A program made the position numbers and the translations under genes. Positions 61,061 through 64,000 of a stretch of DNA of 64,000 nt are shown piece after piece. Origin of the DNA: Microgenomates group bacterium GW2011_GWC1_46_15 (lineage in GTDB: Bacteria; Patescibacteriota; Microgenomatia; UBA1400; UBA12028). A model generated the notes under the pieces. That model ran no database searches, was not told the DNA's origin, and saw only the letters and a program-made list of their open reading frames with translations. The DNA is taken from contig LCLX01000001.1 in assembly GCA_001002285.1 (NCBI GenBank), positions 128,030 to 192,029 of the forward strand. Direction: 5' to 3'. Numbering within the stretch: the stretch's first letter is position 1; the number at the start of each line of letters is the position of its first letter.

Positions 61061-61100
61061 AAAACATAAAAAGCCCCGGTTTCCCAGGGCTTTATGTTTT
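61061..61100 (-). terminator. Terminator after HU gene (likely bidirectional)
   Basis: AAAACATAAAAAGCCC...GGGCTTTATGTTTT inverted repeat. Confidence 0.7.
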
Positions 61101-61120
61101 TAAGATCGCATTAAACGCAC

Positions 61121-61396
61121 TTACCACACATTCTTTTTTAGCGGTTTTCCAACGCGGAAGTTCACCACACGATGACCTTTAATGGTCTGGCGATTTTCTT
61201 CTTTGCCGAATGGAACAACCTGTTTATCTTTCACTTTACCAAGATAAAACGTGCCAAATCCCGAGAGGACAACTTTGTCTCCCTTTTTAAGCGTGCGGAT
61301 TACCTCATCGAGGAAACCTTCAACAGCATCGTTTGCACCTTTTTTTGTAAGGTGTGCCTTTTTTGCGACAACATCAATCAAATCTGATTTTGTCAT
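61121..61396 (-). CDS. hup: HU family DNA-binding protein
   Basis: MTKSDLI, V.LSGFGTF, FRVGKPLK. Confidence 0.93.
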   Translation of the reverse strand: MTKSDLIDVVAKKAHLTKKGANDAVEGFLDEVIRTLKKGDKVVLSGFGTFYLGKVKDKQVVPFGKEENRQTIKGHRVVNFRVGKPLKKNVW

Positions 61397-61487
61397 GACT
61401 CTCCTTTCATTTCTTTATATTTCTACAATACACAATATGCACGAATAAATCAAGCTATTGCCCAAAAGGGAACACGATGAGTTCGCG

Positions 61488-63098
61488 CTACTTTGCGACA
61501 TCTGATGCCCGGATCTCGCGGACAACGGTCACCGTGACCGTTCCAGGATACGTCATCTCTTTTTCTACGCGTTCTTTTATTGTGTGAGAAAGAACAGTGG
61601 TGTCATCATCATTTGATTTTTCAGGATTAAGAATGACGCGCACTTCTCTTCCTGCCTGAATTGCGTATGCCTCTTTGACTTGAGCATAACTTTTCGCAAT
61701 GTCTTCAAGTTTTGTAAGACGTTTCACGTATTCTTCATAGTTTTCGTACCGCGCCCCAGGACGTGCTCCTGAAATAGCGTCTGCGATGTACACCAATATA
61801 GACTCTTTCGAGGTGAAATGCACATCTTCGTGGTGTTGTTCTACGCAGTCAATAATGACTTGCGGAATGTTGTATTTCTTGAGTAGATTTACACCAATCT
61901 CAACGTGGCTACCCTCTTCCCCCTCAACAACTTTTCCAATATCGTGCAACAAACATCCAAGCTTCACGGTCTCCACGTTCGCGCCAACTTCTTTTGCGAG
62001 CGCCGCGCCAATTTTTGTTTCTTCTAATGTGTGCGCAATGAGATTTTGCCCGTACGAGAATCGGTACTTAAACCGTCCAAGCACTTGAATGAGATCGGAT
62101 GGCAAGTTGTACACGCCGACTGCGTAACACAACCGCTTTCCTTCCTCGAACATGATTTTCTTGAGTTCCGTGGTTACTTTTTGCACGGTTTCTTCGATGC
62201 GGGTTGGCTGGATGCGTCCGTCTTTGATGAGTTGCTCAAGTGTAATGCGCGCAATTTCACGGCGGACGGGATCAAATGAGGACAGCCGTACTTGACCGGG
62301 CTGGTCGTCGAGATCAATGTCCACGCCGGTTGCCTGCTCGAAGGCGCGGATGTTGCGTCCGTCTTTTCCAATAATGCGGCCCTTGACTTCCTCGTCTGGA
62401 AGTTTGACGACAGAAACGGTGTACTCGGTTACATACTCGGTCGCGCCGTGGCGCATCGCGTCCACAAGAATCTCTTTTGCTTTTTCATCAGCCTCTTCCT
62501 TGGCGACATTTTCTCTGGTTTGGATGAGCGTTGCCATTTCCTTGTCGAGTTTTTTCTCGAGATTTTCTAAAATTTGCTGTTTTGCCTGTTCACGAGATAG
62601 TCCAGCGGCCTGCTCAAGTTTTTTAACAAGCGATTGTTTTAACTCTTCAAGCCCTTTCTCTTGTTTTTCAAGTTCTCCACGATGTTTCTGCAGTTCTTCA
62701 TCTCTGGAGTCCAACGCTTTCAAACGCTGATCAAGACTGGAAAGTTTTTGGTCAATAGATCTCTCTTTTTCTGAAATTTCCTGGCGGAGTTGGCGGACTT
62801 CACCTTCCGCTTTTTCGCGGAGCCGAAGTGCCTCGTCTTTTGCCTCAACAATGATTTCGCGTGCACGCGCCTGAGATTCTCGGAGTGAGGTGTCGTCGCG
62901 CTGAGGTGCTGATGGGGTTGGTGACAGTGGACGCGCCCCACTTGAGGGATGCCCCAGCTTAATTGGTTCAACAGGAACGTGTTTGAGCGTGCGCTGGTCT
63001 CTAAGCTTCTGCGGCGGTTTTACTGGCCCATGTTTTGCCGATTTTTGCTGTTGGTTAGGTCCAACAAAAATGCTCGATAATGTGCTAAAAAGTGACAT
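61488..63098 (-). CDS. rny: Ribonuclease Y
   Basis: Coiled coil, KH KGRIIGKDGRNIR, HD LLHDIGK, ADAISGARPGAR, AIQAGREVRV. Confidence 0.96.
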   Translation of the reverse strand: MSLFSTLSSIFVGPNQQQKSAKHGPVKPPQKLRDQRTLKHVPVEPIKLGHPSSGARPLSPTPSAPQRDDTSLRESQARAREIIVEAKDEALRLREKAEGEVRQLRQEISEKERSIDQKLSSLDQRLKALDSRDEELQKHRGELEKQEKGLEELKQSLVKKLEQAAGLSREQAKQQILENLEKKLDKEMATLIQTRENVAKEEADEKAKEILVDAMRHGATEYVTEYTVSVVKLPDEEVKGRIIGKDGRNIRAFEQATGVDIDLDDQPGQVRLSSFDPVRREIARITLEQLIKDGRIQPTRIEETVQKVTTELKKIMFEEGKRLCYAVGVYNLPSDLIQVLGRFKYRFSYGQNLIAHTLEETKIGAALAKEVGANVETVKLGCLLHDIGKVVEGEEGSHVEIGVNLLKKYNIPQVIIDCVEQHHEDVHFTSKESILVYIADAISGARPGARYENYEEYVKRLTKLEDIAKSYAQVKEAYAIQAGREVRVILNPEKSNDDDTTVLSHTIKERVEKEMTYPGTVTVTVVREIRASDVAK

Positions 63099-63289
63099 AG
63101 TACTCCTTGTCTGTAGATAAACATACGCATCCTTACTTTTTTGCTTTTATCGCGTGGGAGAATACGCCAAAATACTTGGCGGACTAGTCTTTTTTAAGAA
63201 TGAGTGAAAAAAGACGGTTTGTGTATAACATATACTCTCGTATGCGTATAAAGCACCGCAATTGTACCGCGGTTTCACCGAATCGTCAA
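63099..63289 (-). promoter_or_regulatory. rny promoter and long structured 5' leader
   Basis: TTGACG-17nt-TACAAT at 63289..63261; several stems in the leader; AAGGAG SD. Confidence 0.55.
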
Positions 63290-63291
63290 TT

Positions 63292-64000
63292 TTAGCTTTC
63301 TACCTCAACCATGTCGCGTGGAACACTTTTTCCGCCTTTAATTTTTGCCCGGATCAATCCCTCAATCTCGTTCATAAGCTTGGGACTTTTCTCAAGTTCT
63401 ATCTTGAGTGCGTCGCGGCCTTGTGCTAACACATTCCCCTTGTACTTGAAGAAACTCCCCGCTTTCTCCAAAATGTTCATTTCCGCGGCGACATCAACAA
63501 TACTGCCGGACTTTGAGATACCACTGGAGTTCATGATGTCAAACTCGGCTGTTCTAAACGGGGGCGCAACCTTGTTTTTCACAATCTTTGCCCGATGCCG
63601 GCTTCCGATCACCACATCGCCGTCGGTGATGTTGCCGATCTTCCGCATATCGATACGGATTGAGGTGTAAAACTTGAGCGCCTGTCCGCCGGATGTCGTT
63701 TCTGGATTTCCAAACATCACGCCGATCTTCATGCGGAGCTGGTTTGTGAAGATCAACAGTGTTTTTGATTTATTGATGGCGGCTGTAAGTTTGCGCATGG
63801 CCTGCGACATTAATCTTGCCTGCATACCCATCGAGGCATCACCCATCTCACCCTCAATTTCTGCTTTTGGCACGAGCGCGGCAACCGAGTCCACAACAAT
63901 CACGTCTAAACCGCCGGAACGAATCAACGTTTCCGTAATTTCTAATGCCTGTTCTCCGGTATCGGGCTGTGAAATGAGTAAGTCATCAAGTTTTACGCCA
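63292..64000 (-). CDS. recA: Recombinase A (partial, start lies beyond the window)
   Basis: [54 protein letters not shown]. Confidence 0.98.
   Translation of the reverse strand, partial: GVKLDDLLISQPDTGEQALEITETLIRSGGLDVIVVDSVAALVPKAEIEGEMGDASMGMQARLMSQAMRKLTAAINKSKTLLIFTNQLRMKIGVMFGNPETTSGGQALKFYTSIRIDMRKIGNITDGDVVIGSRHRAKIVKNKVAPPFRTAEFDIMNSSGISKSGSIVDVAAEMNILEKAGSFFKYKGNVLAQGRDALKIELEKSPKLMNEIEGLIRAKIKGGKSVPRDMVEVES

Overview
Bacterial chromosomal window whose gene content points to a Patescibacteria/CPR, probably Microgenomates-type, organism (inference: rpmD/L30 missing from an otherwise complete spc operon, compact RNase P RNA, type IV pilus cluster, sortase surface module, no central-metabolism genes). 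From left to right: a partial GT-C-like membrane protein; a type IV pilus cluster; tRNA-Ser(CGA) and tRNA-Arg(GCG); an accessory minus-strand operon; mltG; a lipoprotein / LPXTG protein / sortase module; an orphan RHH protein; rpoBC; the str, S10, spc and alpha operons with several orphan ORFs inserted; comM; rnpB; an AI-2E-family permease; miaA and miaB; an ABC-2 exporter cluster; HU; rny; partial recA. The main finding is the operon at about 9.8-14.4 kb. It reads: OmpR-family regulator, then a 36-aa peptide missing from the ORF track (13690..13580; perfect Shine-Dalgarno; single Trp in C-terminal ...MDPWGGA), then a membrane histidine kinase, then a fused class II terpene-cyclase-like / class I prenyltransferase-like enzyme, then a NYN RNase, with a small convergent GNRA-hairpin RNA. 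This looks like a ComQX-like prenylated-Trp peptide signalling (quorum-sensing/RiPP) system with a non-canonical architecture. No database searches were run; all family calls come from motif recognition.
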